DNA of 55,632 nt from Actinomycetota bacterium (GTDB taxonomy: Bacteria > Actinomycetota > Actinomycetes > Nanopelagicales > Nanopelagicaceae): contig WLOF01000001.1 of assembly GCA_009699375.1 (NCBI GenBank), positions 1 through 55,632 on the forward strand, read 5' to 3'. Numbering within the stretch: the first letter of the stretch is position 1; each line of letters begins with the position of its first letter. This document shows, in pieces, positions 21,757-29,869 of this stretch. A model generated the notes under the pieces. The model did no database searches and had not been told where the DNA came from. It was given only the letters and a program-made list of their open reading frames with translations. The position numbers and the translations under genes are program-made.

Positions 21757-23022
21757 TTGCTAAAAATTGCAAAGAAGACTTTTACAGTTGTTGTAATCCT
21801 TTTTTTCTGTGAATTTATCACTCCGGCATACGCTGCCGATGTACCAAAAGTTTTTTCATTCCAAGGCGCTGGGTACGGACATGGCGTAGGGATGAGTCAG
21901 ATCGGCGCAAGAGGGCAAGCCCTTGAAGGTGAAAGCGCAACGTCAATTCTCAATTATTACTATAAAGATGTCGTAATTGCGCCCGTTAAAGACAATTACT
22001 TATTGCGGGTAAATATCGGTCACCAACTAAATTCTGTGTCAATCAGTACTCAATCCAAATCCGGAATATTAAGACTCATCCCAGGTGAAAGCCAAGGCGC
22101 CGATACTTCAACGGGCTCCCGCAATTTTCCTGCAAAAGTTAACTTAACATTTGGCATTTCAGGGCTAAATATTATGAGTAAAGCTACATATGCAAACGGA
22201 AGGGTAATCAATTTACCCGTTGGACAGACGTGGACTATTCGCTGGAGCGGAACTCGTGATTTAGAAGGACAGGACGCTGTTACTAGCGTCAACGTTAATG
22301 GTGTCATAACCAAGTATCGATACGGTCAAATACAAATCAAATCTGTTAAAACTCCGACCGACGGATATCGAATGGAAGTGACCAATACAGTTCGGCTCCA
22401 CGATGAATATCTGTGGGGAATTGGAGAGATGCCATCTTCTTGGCCAGCGGCTGCACTACAAGCTCAAGGCATTGCATCTCGTAGCTATGCGCTCAACAAA
22501 GTTGGTAAGTACAACACCGCATGTGACTGTGATATTTACGCGGCTACTCGCGACCAAAGTTTCATCGGGTATGCAAAAGAAATAGAACCCAGATATGGCC
22601 AGCTGTGGAAGGGAGCAGTAAATGCCACCGCTACAGATACCGAAAATGGAATTGCAATTTTGTACAATTCGAATCCAATTGCAGCGTACTTCTTTTCGTC
22701 ATCGTCTGGTCAGACTGAATCTGGTATCGATGTATGGACGCGAGATGTTCCATTCGTAGCAAGCGTCCCAGATCCTTGGAGCTTAGATCCCGTACTCAAT
22801 CCTAGATATGCTCATTGGCAGCGAACTGTTGACCAAAACGTTATTTCGTTAGCATTTGGCTTGCCGAATGTGGCGAGTTTAGAAATTGCGAGTAGAAATC
22901 CGACGGGCACGGTTGGTGTTATTTTGGCAACATCTGCAGAGGGTCAAGTACGCCAGTTAAGTGGAGAAGCTTTTAGGAGTAAATGCAAAATACCTTCTGC
23001 TTGGTTTGATTTTTTGAATTAG
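21757..23022 (+). CDS. SpoIID/LytB domain protein (secreted, peptidoglycan-remodelling family)
   Basis: GYGHGVGMSQIGA SpoIID signature. Signal peptide KIAKKTFTVVVILFFCEFITPAYA. I prefer TTG 21757 (GGAG 7 nt upstream) over the track's GTG 21736, which has no SD. The start is uncertain. Confidence 0.85.
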   Translation: MLKIAKKTFTVVVILFFCEFITPAYAADVPKVFSFQGAGYGHGVGMSQIGARGQALEGESATSILNYYYKDVVIAPVKDNYLLRVNIGHQLNSVSISTQSKSGILRLIPGESQGADTSTGSRNFPAKVNLTFGISGLNIMSKATYANGRVINLPVGQTWTIRWSGTRDLEGQDAVTSVNVNGVITKYRYGQIQIKSVKTPTDGYRMEVTNTVRLHDEYLWGIGEMPSSWPAAALQAQGIASRSYALNKVGKYNTACDCDIYAATRDQSFIGYAKEIEPRYGQLWKGAVNATATDTENGIAILYNSNPIAAYFFSSSSGQTESGIDVWTRDVPFVASVPDPWSLDPVLNPRYAHWQRTVDQNVISLAFGLPNVASLEIASRNPTGTVGVILATSAEGQVRQLSGEAFRSKCKIPSAWFDFLN

Positions 23023-23945
23023 TTTGAATGCAGAACGGAATTCAAACCGCCCCAAGAGCCTGTACGCATAACAACTTCCAAGTTACCGTCTAAGGAATTT
23101 CTGCGGAAAAGTAAATCATTAGCGCCCGACAGTGAACCAGCTTTAACCACTTCACCATCAGGAAGTTTTACTTTTGCTGCGGCTGTGATGTAAGTACCCG
23201 CTTCGACAACGCAATTATTTCCTAGCGAAATTCCAATTCCTGAATTTGCGCCAAGCAGACAATTTTCTCCAATTGAGATAACGGTTTTTCCTCCACCACT
23301 GAGGGTTCCCATGATTGACGCTCCACCTCCAACGTCTGAACCATTTCCAACAATCACACCAGAAGAGATTCTGCCTTCAACCATTGAAGTACCCAAAGTT
23401 CCAGCGTTGAAGTTTACGAATCCTTCATGCATCACAGTTGTTCCGCTGGCAAGGTGTGCTCCTAAGCGAACTCGATCAGCGTCTGCGATACGAACTCCAC
23501 TTGGAAGAACGTAGTCAACCATTCGTGGAAATTTATCAACACTGAAAACAGTTACGTGACCATATTTTGCTGTGAGCTGTGCTCGCACTTCTTCGAACCC
23601 TTCAACAGCGCAAGGTCCGTGTGATGTCCAAACAACGTTATGTAAGAGTTTAAAAATACCTTCAAGAGATTGACCATGTGGCGCTACAAGGCGATGTGAA
23701 AGTAAGTGAAGTCGCAAGTAAACATCAATTGCATCTTTTGGTGGCGAGGAAAGGTTGATAGTTGTATTGACTGCTTTTCTTTCAACTTTTCTGACGTCAT
23801 CTCTTCCAACGAGTGCTGCTAGGTACGGCGGAACTACACCTGAATCTGATGAAAGAGATGGTTCAGGAAACCAGACATCGAGAACATCGCCAGTGAAAGT
23901 GAGCGTCGCGATTCCGTGACCGGATGCAGATGTTGGGGTTGGCAT
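23019..23945 (-). CDS. dapD: 2,3,4,5-tetrahydropyridine-2,6-dicarboxylate N-succinyltransferase (actinobacterial type)
   Basis: Collinear with mycobacterial DapD as I recall it (LRLHLLSHRLVAPHG, DKFPRMVDYVLPSGVRIADADRVRLGAHLA, GGGASIMGTLSGGG). Start at ATG 23945 (MPTPTSASGHGIATL). Confidence 0.9.
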   Translation of the reverse strand: MPTPTSASGHGIATLTFTGDVLDVWFPEPSLSSDSGVVPPYLAALVGRDDVRKVERKAVNTTINLSSPPKDAIDVYLRLHLLSHRLVAPHGQSLEGIFKLLHNVVWTSHGPCAVEGFEEVRAQLTAKYGHVTVFSVDKFPRMVDYVLPSGVRIADADRVRLGAHLASGTTVMHEGFVNFNAGTLGTSMVEGRISSGVIVGNGSDVGGGASIMGTLSGGGKTVISIGENCLLGANSGIGISLGNNCVVEAGTYITAAAKVKLPDGEVVKAGSLSGANDLLFRRNSLDGNLEVVMRTGSWGGLNSVLHSN

Positions 23946-23974
23946 GGGTAAAGCGTAGCCCCTATTCTCATCAG

Positions 23975-24505
23975 ATGCGTATTGCCGTGTTCTGCTCCTC
24001 CTCGCCAACAATTGCCGATAAGTACCAAGATCTTGCTACTGACCTTGGTTTGGCTATCGGTTCGCGTAGTTGGGATTTAATTTCTGGCGGAGGACATATT
24101 TCAATGATGGGGGCAGTTGCCCGTGGAGTGCGCAGTGCTGGTGGCAAAACTATTGGCGTGATTCCTCAGATGTTAGTTGATATTGAATTTGCAGACCGTG
24201 ATAGCCATGAGTTGCATGTAGTAACTTCGATGAGAGAACGCAAGGCAATGATTGAAGATTTCTCGGATGCCTTTATTGCGCTACCTGGTGGACCAGGAAC
24301 TTTGGAAGAACTTTTTGAAATTTGGGTCGGAAGATTTTTAAAGTTTCACAACAAGCCGGTAATTATTTTGGATCCTTACGGAGTTTACGCGCCGCTTAAA
24401 GTTTTATTAGACCATCTTGAAGTAGAAGGTTTTGTGAAGCCCGGACAAAGAGAGTTATTGAAATGGTGTAAGACCGTCGATGAAGCACTTTCACATTGCG
24501 TGTAG
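23975..24505 (+). CDS. LOG family protein (TIGR00730; cytokinin riboside 5'-monophosphate phosphoribohydrolase-like)
   Basis: PGGPGTLEE LOG motif and GGGHISMMGAVARG. Start at ATG 23975 (MRIAVFCSSS). The dapD-LOG neighbourhood is also seen in mycobacteria. Confidence 0.88.
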   Translation: MRIAVFCSSSPTIADKYQDLATDLGLAIGSRSWDLISGGGHISMMGAVARGVRSAGGKTIGVIPQMLVDIEFADRDSHELHVVTSMRERKAMIEDFSDAFIALPGGPGTLEELFEIWVGRFLKFHNKPVIILDPYGVYAPLKVLLDHLEVEGFVKPGQRELLKWCKTVDEALSHCV

Positions 24506-24608
24506 TTGTTGGAAAAAACTTATAAGTAAGCGCAAAAGTTCGTAACAATTTGGGAAGAGATGCCCTGCCTTACCAATTGCCACCCATTGAGAAGGTAACC
24601 TTGCTTCT

Positions 24609-24797
24609 ATGACTGCGGAAACTCTGGCTCAATTACTTGCCAGTTTGCCAGAAGAGGAGCGCATCATTTTGACCCTTCACTATCTGAAAAATCTGACACC
24701 AACCCAGATTGCCACTGCATTACAAGTGCCCGAACGCGCAGTTGTCAATATCATTTCTATTGGCCGGGCTCGGCTCACATCACGCCTAGATTTGTGA
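24609..24797 (+). CDS. stand-alone sigma-70 region 4 (HTH) domain protein
   Basis: 62 aa. LPEEERIILTLHYLKNLTPTQIATALQVPERAVVNIISIGRARLTSRL matches the ECF sigma region 4.2 pattern. An in-frame stop 18 nt upstream excludes a longer N-terminus. GAAGG upstream. Confidence 0.7.
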   Translation: MTAETLAQLLASLPEEERIILTLHYLKNLTPTQIATALQVPERAVVNIISIGRARLTSRLDL

Positions 24798-24922
24798 GTT
24801 TTTAGCCCCCGTCACTCTCGATTTCTTAGTTGGGTGGTAAATGCGAGATACTTCTCCCTCGTACATCGGTCGAAGTGGGAATTCCCTCATTGCGTACTTG
24901 ATCGATTGAGAAGGAGAGACAC

Positions 24923-25105
24923 ATGGCAGCCATGAAACCCCGAACTGGTGATGGACCCATGGAAGTTACTAAGGAAGCTCGGAGTTTGGTTATGCGCATT
25001 CCTTTGGAAGGCGGCGGACGACTCGTTGTCGAACTTAATGGCGAAGAAGCATCAAATCTTGGAAGCGCTCTTCATGCTGCTGTTCTGCTCCTGGTTAAGA
25101 AATAG
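24923..25105 (+). CDS. DUF3117 domain protein (Rv1211-like)
   Basis: MAAMKPRTGDGPMEVTKEARSLVMRIPLEGGGRLVVEL is near-identical in pattern to the conserved actinobacterial DUF3117 N-terminus. Strong SD (GAGAAGGAGAG). Confidence 0.88.
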   Translation: MAAMKPRTGDGPMEVTKEARSLVMRIPLEGGGRLVVELNGEEASNLGSALHAAVLLLVKK

Positions 25106-25120
25106 TTTTCATTTACTAAA

Positions 25121-26614
25121 GTGAGCGCCTCAGTCGTTCCTACGCTTAAATCTCAATCGCTTACAGTAGAAGCAGCCGCCAATGCAGATTCAATTGCCAT
25201 TGGGTTTTTAAAATCTAAAGAAAATATCTTTACTTTCAACACAAACCTTTCCCTCATTGCCAAAATTGAGAAACATTTTGATGTAAACCTGAAAGATGAA
25301 CTGAGTTTTTTTTCTGCCACAGGTAAGGCAGGGGAGTTATTCGAAGTTCCCGTGAGCGACGAAGGTTCACGATGCGAACGCATCCTCCTGGTTGGAGTTG
25401 GTAATAATTCGCTCACTGATGTCCGACTTGCCGGTGCCAGCTTGGGAAGACGGTTCCGTGGCAAAGAGAGTTCACTATTTACATTAGTTGCTCATACATC
25501 TTCAGAAATTTTTGCTCACGCAGTCTCACTTGTTTTGGGAAATTTCCAGTGGACTAAGAAAACTGGAAATGCAAAAGTTAAAGCCCCAATTTTCTACTTA
25601 AGCGATACTCATGCTGCACTGATTGAGCGAGCGCGAGTAGTTGCACAAGCGGTATGTCGCGCTCGCGACCTTATTCATACGCCTGCAAATATCAAGACTC
25701 CAGCTTGGATGGCTCAACAGGCAAAGAGTTACGCGCGAAATTCAGAATTAGTTGTCACTGTTTTATCAGGTAAAGCGCTCTCAGAATTTGGTGGGCTGCA
25801 GGCAGTTGGAAATTCTTCGCCCAATCCCGGGCCTCGATTTATTCAAGTGGCTTACGCGCCTCGAGGATCTAAGAATTGGCCGCACGTTGTTTTAGTAGGT
25901 AAAGGAATCACCTTTGATACTGGTGGAATTTCACTTAAGCGACCTTACGACACGATGATTGGCATGAAGTCAGATATGTCTGGGGCGGCAGCAATCTTGA
26001 GTGTTGTAAGCGCACTGCCAGAACTAGCACCCAAAGTAAGAGTGACTGCTTTGCTGATGTGTGCAGAGAATGCACTTTCTGGGACTTCTCAACGTCCGAG
26101 TGATGTCATTACGCATTATGGCGGTACTACCGTGGAAGTTATTAACACTGATGCAGAAGGGCGCTTAGTGTTGGCCGACGGTTTGGCATATGCGGATTTG
26201 AATCTCGATCCAGACTACTTAGTGGATATTGCCACTTTAACTGGCGCAGCAACGTTAGGACTGGGAAGACAATATGGAGCTATGTACTCTCGTAATAACG
26301 CATTAGCAAAAAAATTGCATGACATTGGCGAGACGTCAGGAGATCGCGTTTGGCACATGCCACTCATCGATGATTACTCGGTTGCACTTCACAGTGTTGT
26401 TGCAGATTACAATCACACAGCGGACAAGCCGAAGTTTTCCGCTGGTTCAGTGACCGCAGCGCTTTTCCTTGAAAAATTTGTCGGCACCCGCAATTGGGTT
26501 CATTTAGATATAGCAGGTCCCGCACGTAGCGAATCTGATGCTGGAGAAAACCCCAAAGGTGGAACCGGGTTCGGTGTTCGACTCTTAATTGATTGGATAT
26601 CGAGCATAAAATGA
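25121..26614 (+). CDS. pepA: leucyl aminopeptidase (M17 family)
   Basis: 497 aa. VGKGITFDTGG, NTDAEGRL and LTGA motifs. GTG start. Confidence 0.92.
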   Translation: MSASVVPTLKSQSLTVEAAANADSIAIGFLKSKENIFTFNTNLSLIAKIEKHFDVNLKDELSFFSATGKAGELFEVPVSDEGSRCERILLVGVGNNSLTDVRLAGASLGRRFRGKESSLFTLVAHTSSEIFAHAVSLVLGNFQWTKKTGNAKVKAPIFYLSDTHAALIERARVVAQAVCRARDLIHTPANIKTPAWMAQQAKSYARNSELVVTVLSGKALSEFGGLQAVGNSSPNPGPRFIQVAYAPRGSKNWPHVVLVGKGITFDTGGISLKRPYDTMIGMKSDMSGAAAILSVVSALPELAPKVRVTALLMCAENALSGTSQRPSDVITHYGGTTVEVINTDAEGRLVLADGLAYADLNLDPDYLVDIATLTGAATLGLGRQYGAMYSRNNALAKKLHDIGETSGDRVWHMPLIDDYSVALHSVVADYNHTADKPKFSAGSVTAALFLEKFVGTRNWVHLDIAGPARSESDAGENPKGGTGFGVRLLIDWISSIK

Positions 26615-27237
26615 AAATAGATATGTATTCATACGCAGAAAATTTTATTGTCGAAGATGAGGCGCTTGTGAACGCTCGTTCACGTGGCGCTGAAGTCGGA
26701 GCTCAAGATGTATCCGTTGGAACTGGGTCATTTTTGCGCCATCTGGCTCACACTATTTCTGCTCAATCCGTTGTAGAAGTTGGAACCGGTGCTGGAGTTG
26801 GAAGCATTTGGATTTTGCGAGGCATGATTGAAAGCGGAACTCTCACATCAATTGATGATGAAGCTGAACACGCGAACATCGCCCGTACTGCATTCGCAGA
26901 AGCGGGAATTGCCCCTGCAAGATTTCGTTTAATTACTAATCCCATGATGGAAGTACTCGGCAAGTTAACTGATCGGGCATATGACTTAGTTGTTTTAAGA
27001 CATGACCCCGAGGACCTAAGTTTTTCTATTGAGCAAGCTCACCGTATTTTGCGCTCTGGGGGAGTGTTAGTGATAGATGCATTTTTTGGCGATGGAAAAG
27101 TTCCTGACCCTGCTCAACGAGATGCACGTACTATCGCGCTTCGAGAGGCTGGCAAAAATATTCGCCTCGATTCATCTCAATGGATTAGTACTCTAATTAA
27201 TGTTGGTGACGGACTATTATTAGCAACCAAGCTCTAA
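26611..27237 (+). CDS. class I SAM-dependent O-methyltransferase (caffeoyl-CoA OMT-like, Rv1220c-like)
   Basis: VVEVGTGAGVGS SAM-binding motif. Start at ATG 26611 forms an ATGA overlap with the pepA stop. The track start at 26593 lies inside pepA. Confidence 0.82.
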   Translation: MKIDMYSYAENFIVEDEALVNARSRGAEVGAQDVSVGTGSFLRHLAHTISAQSVVEVGTGAGVGSIWILRGMIESGTLTSIDDEAEHANIARTAFAEAGIAPARFRLITNPMMEVLGKLTDRAYDLVVLRHDPEDLSFSIEQAHRILRSGGVLVIDAFFGDGKVPDPAQRDARTIALREAGKNIRLDSSQWISTLINVGDGLLLATKL

Positions 27238-27303
27238 TTCTCAGACTTTTCTCGGATTTTTTCGGTGTAATGAGCAGGTGCACGTAGCTATAAGGAGATT
27301 GAG

Positions 27304-28425
27304 ATGAATGAGTCAGACCATGGGCCATGGTGGTCGGCAGATAAACCTGTTTTAAAATCTTTACATATTCGACTGAGCCATGCGATTGGACTTGCAATCG
27401 TCGCAGGAATAGCTGGAAGTCTTCTTGCCAATTTTCTCAATTTAGAATCTATTTTTCATCAGAAAATAAATCTTGTTTCAGTTAACAAAGCAATTGAAAG
27501 GAAACCCGATTCAATAGCAGGAATCGCTCAAAGAGTCCTGCCTTCAGTGGTTTCAATTTCGACTAAGTCGCGTTCGGGAAGTGGAAGTGGATCGGGATTT
27601 ATTATTAATAGCACTGGTTATATTTTGACCAACAATCACGTTGTGGATTCGGTTGCAAATTCCGATGGAACTATTACCGTGACTTTAAATGATGGTCAAT
27701 CTATTGGTGCGACAATTGTGGGCAGAGATACTGCTTACGATTTGGCGGTTATCAAAGTTTCTGCTCAAAATCTTCCAGCGCTAGTGTTTGGAGATAGTGA
27801 CAATATTGAAGTCGGAGATCCTGTTATAGCTATTGGTTCTCCGCTTGGCTTATCAGGAACTGTTACGACAGGAATTATCAGCGCAAAAAATAGAGCAGTG
27901 AGCACTGGTGGTAACAACGGTGATAGTTCTTTTATGAACGCGCTCCAAACAGATGCCGCCATTAACCCAGGAAACTCTGGTGGACCACTTGTTGACATGA
28001 CAGGTGCTGTAGTCGGTGTTAATTCTGCTATTGCTTCTTTAGGCGCTTCTTATGGGAGCCAAGCTGGTTCTATTGGATTAGGTTTTGCGATTCCTATAAA
28101 CCAAGCTCGTAAAACAGCTGAACAACTTATTTCCACTGGTAAATCTGTTTACCCGATTATGGGAATCTCGATTGAGATGGGATTTGCTGGACCCGGAGCG
28201 AAAATTGCGCAAGTACCTAGTGGATTGCGTCTTGGTGGCCCAGCCGATAAAGCGGGGTTAAAGCAAGGAGATGTCATCACGGTATTTGGAGGCAAAAAAA
28301 TTGCTAATGCTGATCAACTCATCATTGCGATTCGCGCTAAAAATGTGGGAGATAAAGTCCTAATTACATACGAAAGAAGTGGGAAAACTCATCAAACAAG
28401 TGTGGTTTTAGTCGCAGGACCGTAG
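27304..28425 (+). CDS. htrA: HtrA/DegP-family trypsin-like serine protease with PDZ domain, membrane anchored
   Basis: Catalytic triad contexts TNNHV, D-LAVIKV and GNSGGPL. N-terminal TM helix and C-terminal PDZ (GLKQGDVI). AAGGAG SD. Confidence 0.9.
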   Translation: MNESDHGPWWSADKPVLKSLHIRLSHAIGLAIVAGIAGSLLANFLNLESIFHQKINLVSVNKAIERKPDSIAGIAQRVLPSVVSISTKSRSGSGSGSGFIINSTGYILTNNHVVDSVANSDGTITVTLNDGQSIGATIVGRDTAYDLAVIKVSAQNLPALVFGDSDNIEVGDPVIAIGSPLGLSGTVTTGIISAKNRAVSTGGNNGDSSFMNALQTDAAINPGNSGGPLVDMTGAVVGVNSAIASLGASYGSQAGSIGLGFAIPINQARKTAEQLISTGKSVYPIMGISIEMGFAGPGAKIAQVPSGLRLGGPADKAGLKQGDVITVFGGKKIANADQLIIAIRAKNVGDKVLITYERSGKTHQTSVVLVAGP

Positions 28426-28451
28426 GTCACAACTAGAGGTAGGCTCTTGGC

Positions 28452-28751
28452 ATGTTCTTCGATATAGGCGCAGGAGAGTTCATAGGTTTAGCGATCCTTG
28501 GTCTTATTTTGCTTGGGCCTGACCGATTGCCTAAGTTTGCCTCAGAGGCTGCATCCATTGTGAGAAAGATTGCAAAGATTTCGCAAAGTGCAACGAAGGA
28601 GCTTCGTGAAAATTTAGGACCAGGTTTTGAAGATTTGCAACCATCTGATTTGCATCCTAAAACTTTTCTAAAGAAGCAACTGGCGCAAGCGCTTGGAGAA
28701 GATGACGTGAAACAAGCGAACGGCGCAAAGATAGATCCCGATTTACTATGA
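28452..28751 (+). CDS. tatB: Sec-independent protein translocase subunit TatB
   Basis: MFFDIGAGEFIGLAILGLILLGPDRLPKF is a TatA/B N-terminus. Position between htrA and mrp as in mycobacteria. Confidence 0.85.
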   Translation: MFFDIGAGEFIGLAILGLILLGPDRLPKFASEAASIVRKIAKISQSATKELRENLGPGFEDLQPSDLHPKTFLKKQLAQALGEDDVKQANGAKIDPDLL

Positions 28752-29869
28752 GTACTGTCGAACTCATTCAAGAGGCTCTGAGCAAAGTTCAAGACCCAGA
28801 GTTACACCGCTCCATCACTGAACTTGGGATGGTGCAATCAGTTTCCTTTGAAAAAGGTGTTGCAAAAGTTACCGTTTTACTCACGATTTCTGGCTGTCCA
28901 ATGCAAGATCGACTTCGTACCGATGTGAGCACTGCAGCGTTAGCTGTAGAAGGTGTTAAGGATTGTGCTCTTGAATTCGGCGTGATGGATGAATCGCAAC
29001 GCAACAACGTGAAGAAAATATTACGAAATGGTCGTGAAAAATTTATTCCATTTGCTCAACCTGATTCTCTCACCCGAGTAATAGGTATAGCTTCCGGTAA
29101 AGGTGGGGTTGGTAAATCTTCCTTAACCGTTAACTTAGCGGTGGCTGCTGCGCAAAAAGGATTACGTGTAGGAATACTTGATGCTGATGTTTACGGTCAT
29201 TCCATTCCACGCTTAATGGGACTTATGGGGCAGCGTCCAACAGCAATTGATCAAATGTTTATTCCTCTGGAGTCATTCGGAGTTAAAAGTGTTTCGATGG
29301 AAATGTTTAAGCCGGAGCGAGCTGACGCAGTTGCGTATAGAGGCCCCCTCTTGCATCGAGTTCTTGAGCAGCTGTTAAGCGATGCGTATTGGGGAGATTT
29401 GGACCTGTTACTTATTGATTTACCACCAGGGACTGGCGATTTAGCAATTTCACTAGGTCAACTCATTCCTACATCAGAAATAATTGTCGTCACAACTCCA
29501 CAAGTTGCTGCAGCCGAAGTTGCAGAGCGCGCGGGCAGAATTGCACATCAAATCAAGCAGCACGTCATAGGCGTAATTGAGAATATGTCTGAATTTCCTT
29601 GCCCAACATGTGGTGAAAATATTTCATTATTCGGAACGGGTGGCGGAGAAGCTACATCAAAGCGGCTTTCAGAATTAGTAGGTAGCGATGTCCCACTCCT
29701 AGGAAAAGTTCCATTCAATCCAGAGCTTCGAACTGGTGGCGATATGGGTACGCCAGTTGTACTTTCGAATCCAGAGTCACCCGCATCTATTGCAATTGCT
29801 GCAATCGTCAGTCAACTTATTGTAAGAAGTAAATCTTTAGTCGGCGTCCGATTGGGGCTTCTTACGTAA
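28748..29869 (+). CDS. mrp: Mrp/ApbC Fe-S cluster carrier ATPase with N-terminal DUF59 domain
   Basis: DPELHRSITELGMV (DUF59), GKGGVGKSS deviant Walker A, and CPTCG cluster-binding motif. Confidence 0.9.
   Translation: MSTVELIQEALSKVQDPELHRSITELGMVQSVSFEKGVAKVTVLLTISGCPMQDRLRTDVSTAALAVEGVKDCALEFGVMDESQRNNVKKILRNGREKFIPFAQPDSLTRVIGIASGKGGVGKSSLTVNLAVAAAQKGLRVGILDADVYGHSIPRLMGLMGQRPTAIDQMFIPLESFGVKSVSMEMFKPERADAVAYRGPLLHRVLEQLLSDAYWGDLDLLLIDLPPGTGDLAISLGQLIPTSEIIVVTTPQVAAAEVAERAGRIAHQIKQHVIGVIENMSEFPCPTCGENISLFGTGGGEATSKRLSELVGSDVPLLGKVPFNPELRTGGDMGTPVVLSNPESPASIAIAAIVSQLIVRSKSLVGVRLGLLT

Noticed and set aside
21720-21764. A mini-ORF (MKFLLKCSYGVLTC*) that looks like the beginning of a signal peptide, suggesting a frameshift at the start of the SpoIID-domain gene.
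   Set aside because: The SpoIID frame already encodes a complete signal peptide (KIAKKTFTVVVILFFCEFITPAYA) from TTG 21757 with a GGAG SD. No frameshift is needed.
24841-24909. A 22-codon upstream ORF (MRDTSPSYIGRSGNSLIAYLID*) in the 125-nt spacer before the DUF3117 gene. Its stop overlaps the DUF3117 SD.
   Set aside because: It is very short with no recognisable leader-peptide signature, and its SD spacing is too tight (GGTGG 3 nt from the ATG). It cannot be distinguished from a chance ORF without conservation or ribosome-profiling data.
28433-28792. A 119-aa ORF precisely antisense to tatB.
   Set aside because: The + strand product has a canonical TatB N-terminus and conserved synteny (htrA-tatB-mrp). 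The antisense product has no motif and would overlap two genes.
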